DNA of 62,816 bases, the filler included. It is 5 parts of 5 records of this genome, joined end to end, with 100 filler letters (N's around TTAATTAATTAA, not from the genome) between each part and the next. Parts side by side here need not be neighbours in the genome. Positions count along the whole stretch, not along the records: positions 19,348 to 35,644 come from SRR31156797_14120; positions 35,745 to 42,541 come from SRR31156797_14125; 3 more parts are not named here. One strand, given 5' to 3'. This document shows positions 29,601-38,800 of the stretch, piece after piece. The stretch's first letter is position 1; every line of letters begins with the position of its first letter. The notes under the pieces were generated by a model that searched no databases, was not told the origin of the DNA, and worked only from the letters and a program-made list of their open reading frames with translations. The translations under genes were made by a program, and so were the position numbers.

Positions 29601-29747
29601 ATGGATAAAGAAAAGAAACAATGGACCAAACCGGAGTTGATTGTTCTGAGTGATTGGAAGCCCGACGAATTCGCACTTTTATCGTGCAATGATCCTCCGG
29701 TTTTTGGCGGAACTTGCGGCGAGAACACTGTAGTAACAACCAGTTGA
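29601..29747 (+). CDS. Candidate RiPP precursor peptide, 48 aa (not in ORF track)
   Basis: MDKEKKQWTKPELIVLSDWKPDEFALLSCNDPPVFGGTCGENTVVTTS*; AGGAGA RBS at 29589-29594; WxxPxL leader motif; directly after the rSAM gene. Confidence 0.85.
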   Translation: MDKEKKQWTKPELIVLSDWKPDEFALLSCNDPPVFGGTCGENTVVTTS

Positions 29748-29775
29748 CAAATAAAATCTTCAAAAGGTGGTAAAC

Positions 29776-30483
29776 ATGAAAAGATTGTTGTTGATTTTCA
29801 CGGGCGCTTTGCTTTGTTTGTCATCAACCGCCTATGCCGCAACCATCCCTGCCGTTGTCGGCTGGGAGAACATAAACGGTCCAAAGATGACCGGAATGGA
29901 AGTCACGGCAACGGGGACCAATGTGGATGGCAGCGCCTTGACCTGGGGACTGATAGATGGAAACAAGTATGGTGTCTCAGGGAGCGGCTGGGAGCTTTCC
30001 TTTAGTGGTTCGGACACCTTCGATACTGAATGGAGCCTGTCTGTCACCGACCCCACGGTTTCCCTGGACTCCTTAACCATCAACGCGATCCCAGGCGGTG
30101 TTGTGTTCGATATCTTTCATACCAAGAAAGTGAGCATCAACACCCCGGAGTCTCAAAATGGACTTTGGACTGAAAGCTGGTACGACCCGACACTGGGATC
30201 TTCCGGGGCAAACAGTTATTTCAGTTGGGCATTCACCGACGAAGTGAACGTGGACGGAAACCCGGCTGAAGGAGATCTGTTTGGTTCCTTTTTCCTGGAT
30301 TTTACACCTGGAGGCGGGTTTGGATCGAAGGACGTGATCTCGGGCGAGCATGGCAGTAGCGAAGGGGTATACCGGTTTGCTGTCGATACGGATGCAATCG
30401 CAACGGTTCCGGTACCATCTTCAATGGCGCTTCTGTTTCTGGGGGGCTTAGGTCTTTTCGGGATCAAAAGAAAAGACGGATAG
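29776..30483 (+). CDS. PEP-CTERM-type sorting-signal protein (VPVP variant)
   Basis: Signal peptide ending AYA; acidic Gly/Ser/Thr-rich body; C-terminal VPVPSSMALLFLGGLGLFGIKRKDG. Confidence 0.88.
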   Translation: MKRLLLIFTGALLCLSSTAYAATIPAVVGWENINGPKMTGMEVTATGTNVDGSALTWGLIDGNKYGVSGSGWELSFSGSDTFDTEWSLSVTDPTVSLDSLTINAIPGGVVFDIFHTKKVSINTPESQNGLWTESWYDPTLGSSGANSYFSWAFTDEVNVDGNPAEGDLFGSFFLDFTPGGGFGSKDVISGEHGSSEGVYRFAVDTDAIATVPVPSSMALLFLGGLGLFGIKRKDG

Positions 30484-30616
30484 CCTGTTCTGTAGATACA
30501 TCAAACGCCGTACATAGCCAATGGATCGTTTTCCATCTATTGGGCTTTTACGGCGTTTTTTGCCGTTTACAAAAAATGTCCCACATCTTTCCTTATCTAT
30601 CGTTTCTAAACTGTGA

Positions 30617-32449
30617 ATGGCTCCTAACTCCTTAAGAACAAAGCTTAAACATGCCCTGCGCATTGACCGGGCACTGGGATTTGTATGGCAGGCCGGACCC
30701 GGGTGGACCGTTGCCTCCGGGGTGCTCGTGGTCATCCAGGGCATTCTGCCCCTGATCTCCCTTTATCTACTGAAGTTTATCATCGATTCTGTTTCCCAGG
30801 CCATGACCGGCGGCATTCCAGGCACCGATGCCGTTTCGGGTGACGGTTTTTCCAAGGTGGTATGGTATATCGCCCTTGCCGGCGGGGTAGGGCTCCTAAC
30901 CGCCCTGTGCAGTTTCTTTTCCGAGTATGTCAAAAAAGCACAGTCACTGGCAGTGGCAGACCATATGTTTACCGTGCTCCATGAAAAATCCATATCCGTT
31001 GACCTTGCCTATTATGAATCTCCGGATTACAGAGATACCCTGCACAGGGCACAGCAGGAAGGCCCCTACAGGCCCTCAAGTATCGTAAACGGACTGATCC
31101 TGACGGGGCAGAGCGGCGCCTCCCTCGTTGCTGTTATCTGGCTTTTGTTTGTTTTTAACCCGGTGCTTTGCCTCGTGATGCTTGGGGCGGCCCTTCCAGG
31201 GGTGTTGATGCGGTTCCGCCACTCGGATCAGATTTATTCCTGGCAGAAAAAGAGGACCGAGGATGAACGAAGGGCGTTCTACTTCAACAGGATGTTGCTC
31301 GGCGATGTCCATGCGCGGGAGCTCAGGCTTTTCGGCCTGGGAGACCATTTTATACAGCTGTTCAATTCGATCCGGGCATTGCTGAGGAGCGAAAAGCTTG
31401 ATTTTATAAAAAAACGCGCCCTTGCGGACTTTGTGGCCCAGTCGAGTGCCACCGTTGTAGTGTTCGGGTCCTTCGCCTATATCGCATCGAGGACGGTACA
31501 GGGATCGATATCCCTGGGGGAGATGGTCATGTACTTCCAGGCGTTTCAAAAGGGGCTCCTGTATCTGAGGTCCTTTCTGGAAGGGGTGGCCGGGCTGTAC
31601 GAGGACAACCTTTTTTTGCTGAATTTTTATGAATTTCTCGACGTTGAGTCAACAATAAAAGAGTCTGGTATTTCGAACCGAGTTCCAGAAAAAATACAGA
31701 CCGGCTTTGAAATGATCGATGTTACATTTAAGTATCAAAATTGTGAAAAAAATGTAATAGATTGTGTAAATTTTTACATAAAATCAGGCGAAGTTGTGGC
31801 ATTGGTCGGGGAAAATGGATCAGGAAAAAGCACCCTTGTGAAACTTTTATGCCGTCTTTATGATCCGGACAAGGGGGCGGTGTGTCTTGATGGGACCGAC
31901 ATCAGGCGATTCAGCGCGAAAAAGTATAGGAAAAAAATCAGCGTTGCATTTCAGGATTATATCCGCTACAACCTGACGGCACGTGAAAATATCCGGTTAG
32001 GAGACATTGACAGCGATTGTGATGAAGGCCTGATTGAGGCGGCAGCCCAAAAAGCGGGAATAAAGGATCATTTTGAATCACTTCATTCCGGATTTGACAC
32101 GCCCCTTGGCAGAATGTTCAAAGACGGAGAGGAAATGAGCGTGGGACAATGGCAAAAGACAGCCCTTGCCCGAGCCTTTTTCAGGGATGCCGACCTTGTG
32201 ATCCTGGATGAACCGGCAAGCTCCCTGGACGTCAAGAGTGAATATGAGGTGTTTAACCGGTTCAAGAGCCTTGTGAAAGATAAAGCCGCTCTGATCATCA
32301 GCCACCGGTTTTCAACGGTGAAGATGGCTGACAGAATTTGTCTTTTAAAAGATGGCAAAATCGCCGAAGAGGGGACCCATGACGAGCTCATGGGGATGGA
32401 TCTGGAGTATGCGGCCCTATATCATAAGCAAGCCGGTCACTATTTATAA
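30617..32449 (+). CDS. ABC exporter (TMD-NBD fusion)
   Basis: Multi-TM N-terminus; GENGSGKST, MSVGQWQ, ILDEP, ISHRFST; no C39 peptidase domain visible. Confidence 0.93.
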   Translation: MAPNSLRTKLKHALRIDRALGFVWQAGPGWTVASGVLVVIQGILPLISLYLLKFIIDSVSQAMTGGIPGTDAVSGDGFSKVVWYIALAGGVGLLTALCSFFSEYVKKAQSLAVADHMFTVLHEKSISVDLAYYESPDYRDTLHRAQQEGPYRPSSIVNGLILTGQSGASLVAVIWLLFVFNPVLCLVMLGAALPGVLMRFRHSDQIYSWQKKRTEDERRAFYFNRMLLGDVHARELRLFGLGDHFIQLFNSIRALLRSEKLDFIKKRALADFVAQSSATVVVFGSFAYIASRTVQGSISLGEMVMYFQAFQKGLLYLRSFLEGVAGLYEDNLFLLNFYEFLDVESTIKESGISNRVPEKIQTGFEMIDVTFKYQNCEKNVIDCVNFYIKSGEVVALVGENGSGKSTLVKLLCRLYDPDKGAVCLDGTDIRRFSAKKYRKKISVAFQDYIRYNLTARENIRLGDIDSDCDEGLIEAAAQKAGIKDHFESLHSGFDTPLGRMFKDGEEMSVGQWQKTALARAFFRDADLVILDEPASSLDVKSEYEVFNRFKSLVKDKAALIISHRFSTVKMADRICLLKDGKIAEEGTHDELMGMDLEYAALYHKQAGHYL

Positions 32450-32455
32450 TGGGAA

Positions 32456-32471
32456 TGTGAAAACTGTCACG
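32456..32471. promoter_or_regulatory. CRP-family-like palindromic site
   Basis: TGTGA-AAACTG-TCACG directly upstream of a sigma-54 site. Confidence 0.4.
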
Positions 32472-32484
32472 AAGGGTTTTATTC

Positions 32485-32500
32485 TGGCACGAATATTGCG
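32485..32500 (+). promoter_or_regulatory. Sigma-54 (-24/-12) promoter
   Basis: TGGCAC-GAATA-TTGCG, canonical consensus and spacing. Confidence 0.85.
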
Positions 32501-32569
32501 TAATAGGCATGGCGGTCACTTTTTTGAATGGCATACTGGATTCAATTACTTTCACTGGCACTGGAGGGT

Positions 32570-33136
32570 ATGATGAAAAACATATTATCGATTGTAGCAA
32601 CACTGGCTGTATTTGCCGGTCTGGCCACAAACTTGCCGGCCGCTGAAGAAGCGGATTGGCAGGTTGCCTACATCGCCGCTTTGCAAGAGGCAAAGGCCGC
32701 GGAGCTCCCCCAGGGACAGACCATGGCGGAGGGGCTTGCTTACACGCCCCCCGAGGAGCTGGTTCTTCAGGAGGCTGTCTCAGAAGCATTGAAACAGGAG
32801 GCACCGGCCTGTGAATGCATGAAGATCGCCATCGATCTGGAATATAATCCATACGCTGTTCTGAAAACGATCTATTCGGCAGGCGGCAAGATTAAGCTTG
32901 ACCAGCTCTGCATGTGCGCCACCGAGGCGGGGATAATGAAGGCCATTACTGCCAGGGCCGCTGCGGATGCGCTTTTACCTTCCGGGAATCCTGTTTTCCA
33001 TCAGGATGAAATCGCACAATCCCAATGTCTTGGGGGAGAGGAAGGCCTTGCCTATACCCCGCCGGACCAGCCGTTGAAAGCCATTTCAGCGGATCCGAAT
33101 TCAAACAGGAATTTTGCGACAACCACCACTTTCTAA
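32570..33136 (+). CDS. Secreted Cys-containing hypothetical protein with duplicated EGLAYTPP motif
   Basis: GGAGG RBS; signal peptide MKNILSIVATLAVFAGLATNLPA; EGLAYTPP twice; CEC, CMC and a fifth Cys. Confidence 0.75.
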   Translation: MMKNILSIVATLAVFAGLATNLPAAEEADWQVAYIAALQEAKAAELPQGQTMAEGLAYTPPEELVLQEAVSEALKQEAPACECMKIAIDLEYNPYAVLKTIYSAGGKIKLDQLCMCATEAGIMKAITARAAADALLPSGNPVFHQDEIAQSQCLGGEEGLAYTPPDQPLKAISADPNSNRNFATTTTF

Positions 33137-33150
33137 AAATTGAGTTGTTC

Positions 33151-33190
33151 ATAAAAGCCCCTGACGACGTTACGCGGCAGGGGCTTTTAT
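33151..33190. terminator. Perfect 13-bp hairpin, possible bidirectional terminator
   Basis: ATAAAAGCCCCTG ... CAGGGGCTTTTAT. Confidence 0.7.
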
Positions 33191-33248
33191 TGACATCATA
33201 TCCAATGACATGCTTAAATATCAACCGTTTAGAGCTAAAGGAGCTGTA

Positions 33249-34595
33249 ATGCTAAAGCGAGTACCGTTTCTGACTTTGGTGATGTTTCTCTTTTTATACG
33301 GATCCACAACGGTAACAGCGGCGGGGATCTCCGGTCAGCCGGCATCGGACGCTCCAATGGGACAGGAAGAGAGGGCGCTTCCGGCCGGACAGGAGGAAGA
33401 GGGCATCGGGGCTGAAATCTTTGGTGAAAGAGGCGGCTTTGTTCATCCGTTTCTGTTGCTTGAGGAAACCTACACCGATAACCTATTTAATACCAACTCA
33501 GGTGAAAAAGAGGATTTCATTACAACCGTCAGGCCGGGAATATGGATCGCATTACCCTACAACAGGGAGAAACTCCTGGATATCGGAACCGCAAACACCT
33601 CACCCGGCGGTCTCAACCTGAGCCGCATAAAACCGGACACCACAAGGCGTGCCCAGGGCTATTTCCTCTATTCTCCCGAGTTTGTGCATTATTCCGATCA
33701 TTCCGAACACAATACAGCCAATCACAAGGCTGAAGGACTCTTCCAGTATAACTTCAACATGGGGCTCTCCATCGATGTCATCGATCAGGCCAATATCAGA
33801 AGCGAAGTGAATGACAATGGTATCTCCGAGCGCCTGGACGAGTACCGGGATAACCTGTTCAATGTCATCATGGTTTACGATCCTTCGGATAAATTCAGGT
33901 TCAGGGTCGATTATTCAAACTATGACCTTGAATATGAGGAAAGCATCAACGCCTTCAGGGACAGAAACGACAACTCCTTTTCAGCCTATGTTTTCTACAG
34001 GATAAAACCAAAGACCTCCGTTTTTGTGGAATATGAGTTCGCCGACATCCGTTTTGACACCAACACCGATTCGGACAGCGTTGAGAACCGGTATTATACC
34101 GGTGTTGAATGGGATATTACGGCAAAGACCAGGGGCAGGATAAAAGTCGGTTACATCGATAAGGATTTTGACAAGAGCGGCGTGGATGACCAGGATGGCT
34201 TCTCCTATGAGATCCAGACCCAGCACAATTTTACTCCCAAGCGGGGACTGCAGGTAAACGGTTTCCGCCGGTTCAACGAATCCACCATGATCAGTTCCGC
34301 CACCTATCTTTCAACGGGTCTCTCGGCCGCATGGCTTCAGCGGTTTACCCAGAAGTGGTCAGGAACATTGACCGTCTCTTACACCAACGAGGAATATAAG
34401 AGCGACTTCACCTTCAACGGCGTTACGGATAAAAGGGATGATGACCTGTTCAGCATCGGACCCGCCCTGAGATATGAGATCAGGGAGTGGCTGCTTTTTG
34501 ATTTAGGTTATGTTTTCACCCAAAGGGATTCGAACTTCAGACCGTTTGACTACAACAAGAATACCGTATTTTTCAGGATTGATATTTCCGTTTAA
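33249..34595 (+). CDS. EPS-associated outer-membrane beta-barrel protein (BBP2/VpsM-like)
   Basis: Signal peptide; ETYTDNLF..DFITTVRPG; alternating beta-strand pattern; directly upstream of Wza. Confidence 0.85.
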   Translation: MLKRVPFLTLVMFLFLYGSTTVTAAGISGQPASDAPMGQEERALPAGQEEEGIGAEIFGERGGFVHPFLLLEETYTDNLFNTNSGEKEDFITTVRPGIWIALPYNREKLLDIGTANTSPGGLNLSRIKPDTTRRAQGYFLYSPEFVHYSDHSEHNTANHKAEGLFQYNFNMGLSIDVIDQANIRSEVNDNGISERLDEYRDNLFNVIMVYDPSDKFRFRVDYSNYDLEYEESINAFRDRNDNSFSAYVFYRIKPKTSVFVEYEFADIRFDTNTDSDSVENRYYTGVEWDITAKTRGRIKVGYIDKDFDKSGVDDQDGFSYEIQTQHNFTPKRGLQVNGFRRFNESTMISSATYLSTGLSAAWLQRFTQKWSGTLTVSYTNEEYKSDFTFNGVTDKRDDDLFSIGPALRYEIREWLLFDLGYVFTQRDSNFRPFDYNKNTVFFRIDISV

Positions 34596-35396
34596 ATGAA
34601 ACTAAAATTGTTTATAAAATTTTTTTTGATCTGTCTTATGTCCTTGACCACCCCTTTATCTGCTCTCGGAGGAGAGTACTTTGTAGGTAACGGGGATGTC
34701 CTTGATATCAACGTGTATGAGAACGACGATATTTCAACAACGGTAAGGGTGACCGCGGATAATACAATTCGTGTCCCCCTGATCGGAGAGGTCGGTGTCA
34801 AGGATCTCACGGTGTCCCAGGTCTCGAAAAAACTGGAAAAACTCCTTGCAGACGGGTATCTGGTAAATCCCCAGGTGGATGTTTTTATCAAGGAGTACCG
34901 GAGCAAGAAGGCCACCATCCTGGGACAGGTTAGAAATCCGGGGCTGTTCGAGCTCCGGGGGGAAACAACCTTGCTTGAGTTCATTTCCAAGGCAGGCGGA
35001 ATAAAACTCGATGCCGGAAATAAGGCAACGATCAAACGAAAAAGTGTTGCCAAAGGCCAGGAGGACAACATAACCATCGACCTTGGCCGGCTCATCAAAA
35101 AAGGGGACACCTCCCTCAACATTTCCATCAAAGACGGGGACAGTGTATACATCGCCAAGGCCGATGTCTACTATGTCTCCGGGGAGGTGAAAAAACCCGA
35201 CTCCTATAAACTGGATATCGATGTAACCGTAATCAAAGCCATCACCCGGGCGGGTGGGTTTTCCAAGATCGCCGCCAAGGGAAAGGTGAGAATCATCAGA
35301 ATTATCGATGGAAAAAAACAGGTGCTAGAAAACGTGAATATGGATGAGCCGGTTCTTCCCGATGATGTCATTGTTGTTCCTGAGAGCTTTTTTTAA
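34596..35396 (+). CDS. Polysaccharide export protein (Wza/Poly_export with SLBB domains)
   Basis: GDVLDINVY, IRVPLIGEV, GQVRNPG, GEVKKP, DDVIVVPESFF. Confidence 0.93.
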   Translation: MKLKLFIKFFLICLMSLTTPLSALGGEYFVGNGDVLDINVYENDDISTTVRVTADNTIRVPLIGEVGVKDLTVSQVSKKLEKLLADGYLVNPQVDVFIKEYRSKKATILGQVRNPGLFELRGETTLLEFISKAGGIKLDAGNKATIKRKSVAKGQEDNITIDLGRLIKKGDTSLNISIKDGDSVYIAKADVYYVSGEVKKPDSYKLDIDVTVIKAITRAGGFSKIAAKGKVRIIRIIDGKKQVLENVNMDEPVLPDDVIVVPESFF

Positions 35397-35398
35397 AC

Positions 35399-35644
35399 AT
35401 GGATGAAAAAGAAATACACCTGCGAGACTATCTTCGAGTCGTAAATAAACGGAAAAACACGGTATTTACGTTTTTTCTCATTACTTTTACCATTGTTGTC
35501 ATCGCAACATTCACAGCCACTCCCATTTACCGGGCGGCTACAAAAGTGATGGTTGAAAAGAACACGGCCAGTGCCCTTGGCCGCGGTTACAATTACACCC
35601 CCTACGATCCTGAATTCCTGGAGACCCAATACCAGCTCATTAAA
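35399..35644 (+). CDS. Wzc-like chain-length determinant, N-terminal fragment
   Basis: EIHLRDYLRVV..TM..TPIYRA...FLETQYQLIK; truncated by contig end. Confidence 0.88.
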
Positions 35645-35744
35645 NNNNNNNNNNNNNNNNNNNNNNNNNNNNNNNNNNNNNNNNNNNNTTAATTAATTAA
35701 NNNNNNNNNNNNNNNNNNNNNNNNNNNNNNNNNNNNNNNNNNNN
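35645..35744. other. Artificial contig spacer
   Basis: 44 N + TTAATTAATTAA + 44 N. Confidence 0.99.
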
Positions 35745-35868
35745 GTAGGGGTAATCTCCTATGATTACCCGTTTAAAAACGAATTAATTTCTTAAGTTTA
35801 CAATGATGACACGGAGGTCTGCCCCTACATGCAAATCTTTTGTACGGGCGGAGTCCTATCTCCGCCCT
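35745..35868. repeat. Cluster of GTAG-type REP-like palindromes
   Basis: GTAGGGGTAATC..GATTACCC, inverted unit ending GCCCCTAC, and GTACGGGCGGAG..CTCCGCCC. Confidence 0.65.
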
Positions 35869-35889
35869 GCTTTATACCATGTTTTTTAA

Positions 35890-38800
35890 CTACTCAAAGT
35901 AACAAGTAACTTTTGTAATTTCACCGTTTCTTAACATCTCTGCATATTTAGCACCTAATTTATTTCCATTAACTGTTTCTTCTTGTCCTTCAACAACTAC
36001 TGCAATTTTAGTGATTTTAGCTGCATCTGCACCAAAAGTTGATTTTTTAGAAGGGTTAATATATTTAACTTTAGTTGCTGAGAATAATTTATATTCTACA
36101 ACTCCCTCTTCGTCGAATAATGCTCCTTCGATTTGAGGATCAAATGTGAATTTAAGTTCTCCGTTTTCTGTTGTAAATAGTGTTTTTCCTGCAAATATTA
36201 ATTTCCACATTCCTAAGAACTCTGCTGTTGAACCACTTAATCTTGCACTGAATCCTTGTCCGTGTAAGTTTTCATTTCCATTTGCACTACTTACGATGAA
36301 AGAAGAGTTTTCTAAGATACTTCTACCGTATCTTTTGTAATCCATGTATGGAGGCATCATAGTTTTGATATCTTCGTAGAATTTATCAGCTAAACCACCT
36401 TTGATTAATTCTAGTAGGTATTTGAATTCCATATGCATGAAAATTGATTCATTTTCAAGCCATCCAGGAGTAAATGCTCTAAGTCTTCCAATATCATTTG
36501 GCTGATCAGATATACTTTCTGATGTTTTGTACATTTTTAATTTTTTATCATAAATGTCTGACTGTTTAATAAAGTCATATAGTTTGAATCTTTCTTCTTT
36601 TTCGATTACTTTGAACGCTCTTGTAGGTCCTTCTAAGAAATAAGGAAGAATATTAAGTTCAAACTCTTGAGGAATAATCTCTTCACCTTTAGTTTCATAT
36701 TTAGTTAGCTTATATGTGAAGTACGTTGGGTAAATTCCTTTCCCATACTCTTTTGCTTTCGCGATACCTTCATTTAATTTAGCTGCGAACTTGTCTAAAG
36801 TTGCTAAAATAAACTCTCTGTCTAATACTTCTTCTTGTCCACCGATGTTCATGAATACTTTTGCTCTATATGTTTCTTTTTCATCTGCTATTTGATTCCA
36901 ATATGCAAATTGATCATTCGTGTCTGCATAAGTATCAAGAACCTCAGAAACTTTTTTAATAAGTACTGCGAATTCAGTAAACACTTTTACTTCTTTTGTA
37001 GCAGCTTCCGACAAGCTTTCTCTTAGGAAATCAACTAATCTCTTAAGTTCAAATGCCTCACTCATACCAGAACCGATCATTCCAGGTAATCCGTTAAGTG
37101 CATCATTCCATCCAGGTTTATTAGCTTCCATCTCTAGTCCCATTCCAAATGGATCAAGAGTTGAGAATTTAGTAGTTGCTAATAATAATAGTTTTGCAAA
37201 CAGATTAGTTTGATAGATTTCATCTTCTGAATCTACTAAGTAGTTATGTCCTCTTTTTTCAAGAAGTTCTTCTTTTGCGTGAGATTCATCTACAGCACCG
37301 ATCTGCATTACTTTATCTTTATGAATTGTATATTTTTCTTTTCTTGGTCTAACAAATGCAGGACTATCGAAGAATCTATAGTCAGATTTATTAAATAACA
37401 TCTCGTCAATTTCATCAGGATAAATTTCAACATATGAATCAACTAAATCCATTAGATATGTCCAGTGGTCTACCCAGTAACCTTCTCCAAATTCTCCCTG
37501 CTCAAACTGCTTTGAGTAATAAAGAAGAGTTTGAATAAAATCATTTTCATCTACTTTTAATTCAATTTTATTATTTTCTACGAAACTAAGAACTTCTCCA
37601 GGTGTAAATTGTTCTTCTGATAAATATTTTTCCAATTTCTCAGCATTTGGACCAATTAGTTTAAATACTTCTGCATGATCTTCTAATAATTTAAAAGTTG
37701 TTCCTTTAACTACTAAGGGATTATTACCATCAGCTTGAATGAAGTTCATGAACATGTTTATATTAAAATCTTTTACTTGTGGTTTGAAGAATACATCATT
37801 TCTTCTGTTTTGTAGTACATCTCTGAAGTTACCATTTCCTTGAGAGTATTTATTTGCTTGTAGTGAGAAGAAGTTATAATCTCTCTCTAAATCTCCATGT
37901 TTTCTTGAGAAAATATGATAAACTACATTTCCATATTTATTTTTAAATACTACCGGATATCCACCTCTCAGCACATTATCCATATAGTTTTGCTCACTGT
38001 ACATATTGAACAGATCGTTAGATGTTTTAGTATAGATATCTTTAGTGATATCCTCCACTACTACTGCTGCTTCTGACCTTTTCGCTTCGATAAACTCATC
38101 AGTCATGATCTCTTCAACTTTGTTATTAATGAATTCCATCTCTTCTGAGTAACCGATCATAGAGTTGATCTTAAATGTTTCCCCGGCTTTTAATGTTTTT
38201 TCTCCCAGGCAAAATGCACTTGGTAAGATATTTTCTGTATATTGAGTTGCTTCTTTGACTTCTTTTAGTTCATTATTTTTGAAATTGTACGCCTCTTGTA
38301 AACACGTGTTCATCCCAAACAAAATATTTTTATCATATACAGTTTTTAAAAGTTCTCCTTCACTTGCTGCGAAGTAAAAATATCCACTTTTAATCTCTTC
38401 TACAATTTCAATATCTCCTACAGCTGTTCTTACACTGAAAAACGGGATATTGTTTTCTGTATTAAATACCTGCATCCATGCTCTTCCTGTAAATCCCATC
38501 TCTTTAAACAGAGTATTTGAAATTCCTGATGGAAGTACTTCAGGTAAACCGTCTGCTATCTCAATTTTTAAATCTTTATCGCCAATATTCTCTACTTTAA
38601 CAGTCCTAACAAGCGCTGAAAAAGCTTCGCTTGGCATAGTATAATAACTAACACTTGTCTTAATTCCTTTCTCATTGTTGATCTCAACAATCTCTAAACT
38701 ATTCTTATCAATAATCATATCTTTAGTTATTTCTTCACCATTATTAAGTGATGAAAAAGCTTCATAATATTCTCCGTTAAGTTTCATGAATGTTCTAAAC

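Noticed and set aside
26686-29747. Lasso peptide cluster
   Set aside because: Leader, RRE, kinase and nucleotidyltransferase are lasso-like, but no asparagine-synthetase-like cyclase or B2 protease is in this contig; one beyond the contig ends cannot be excluded
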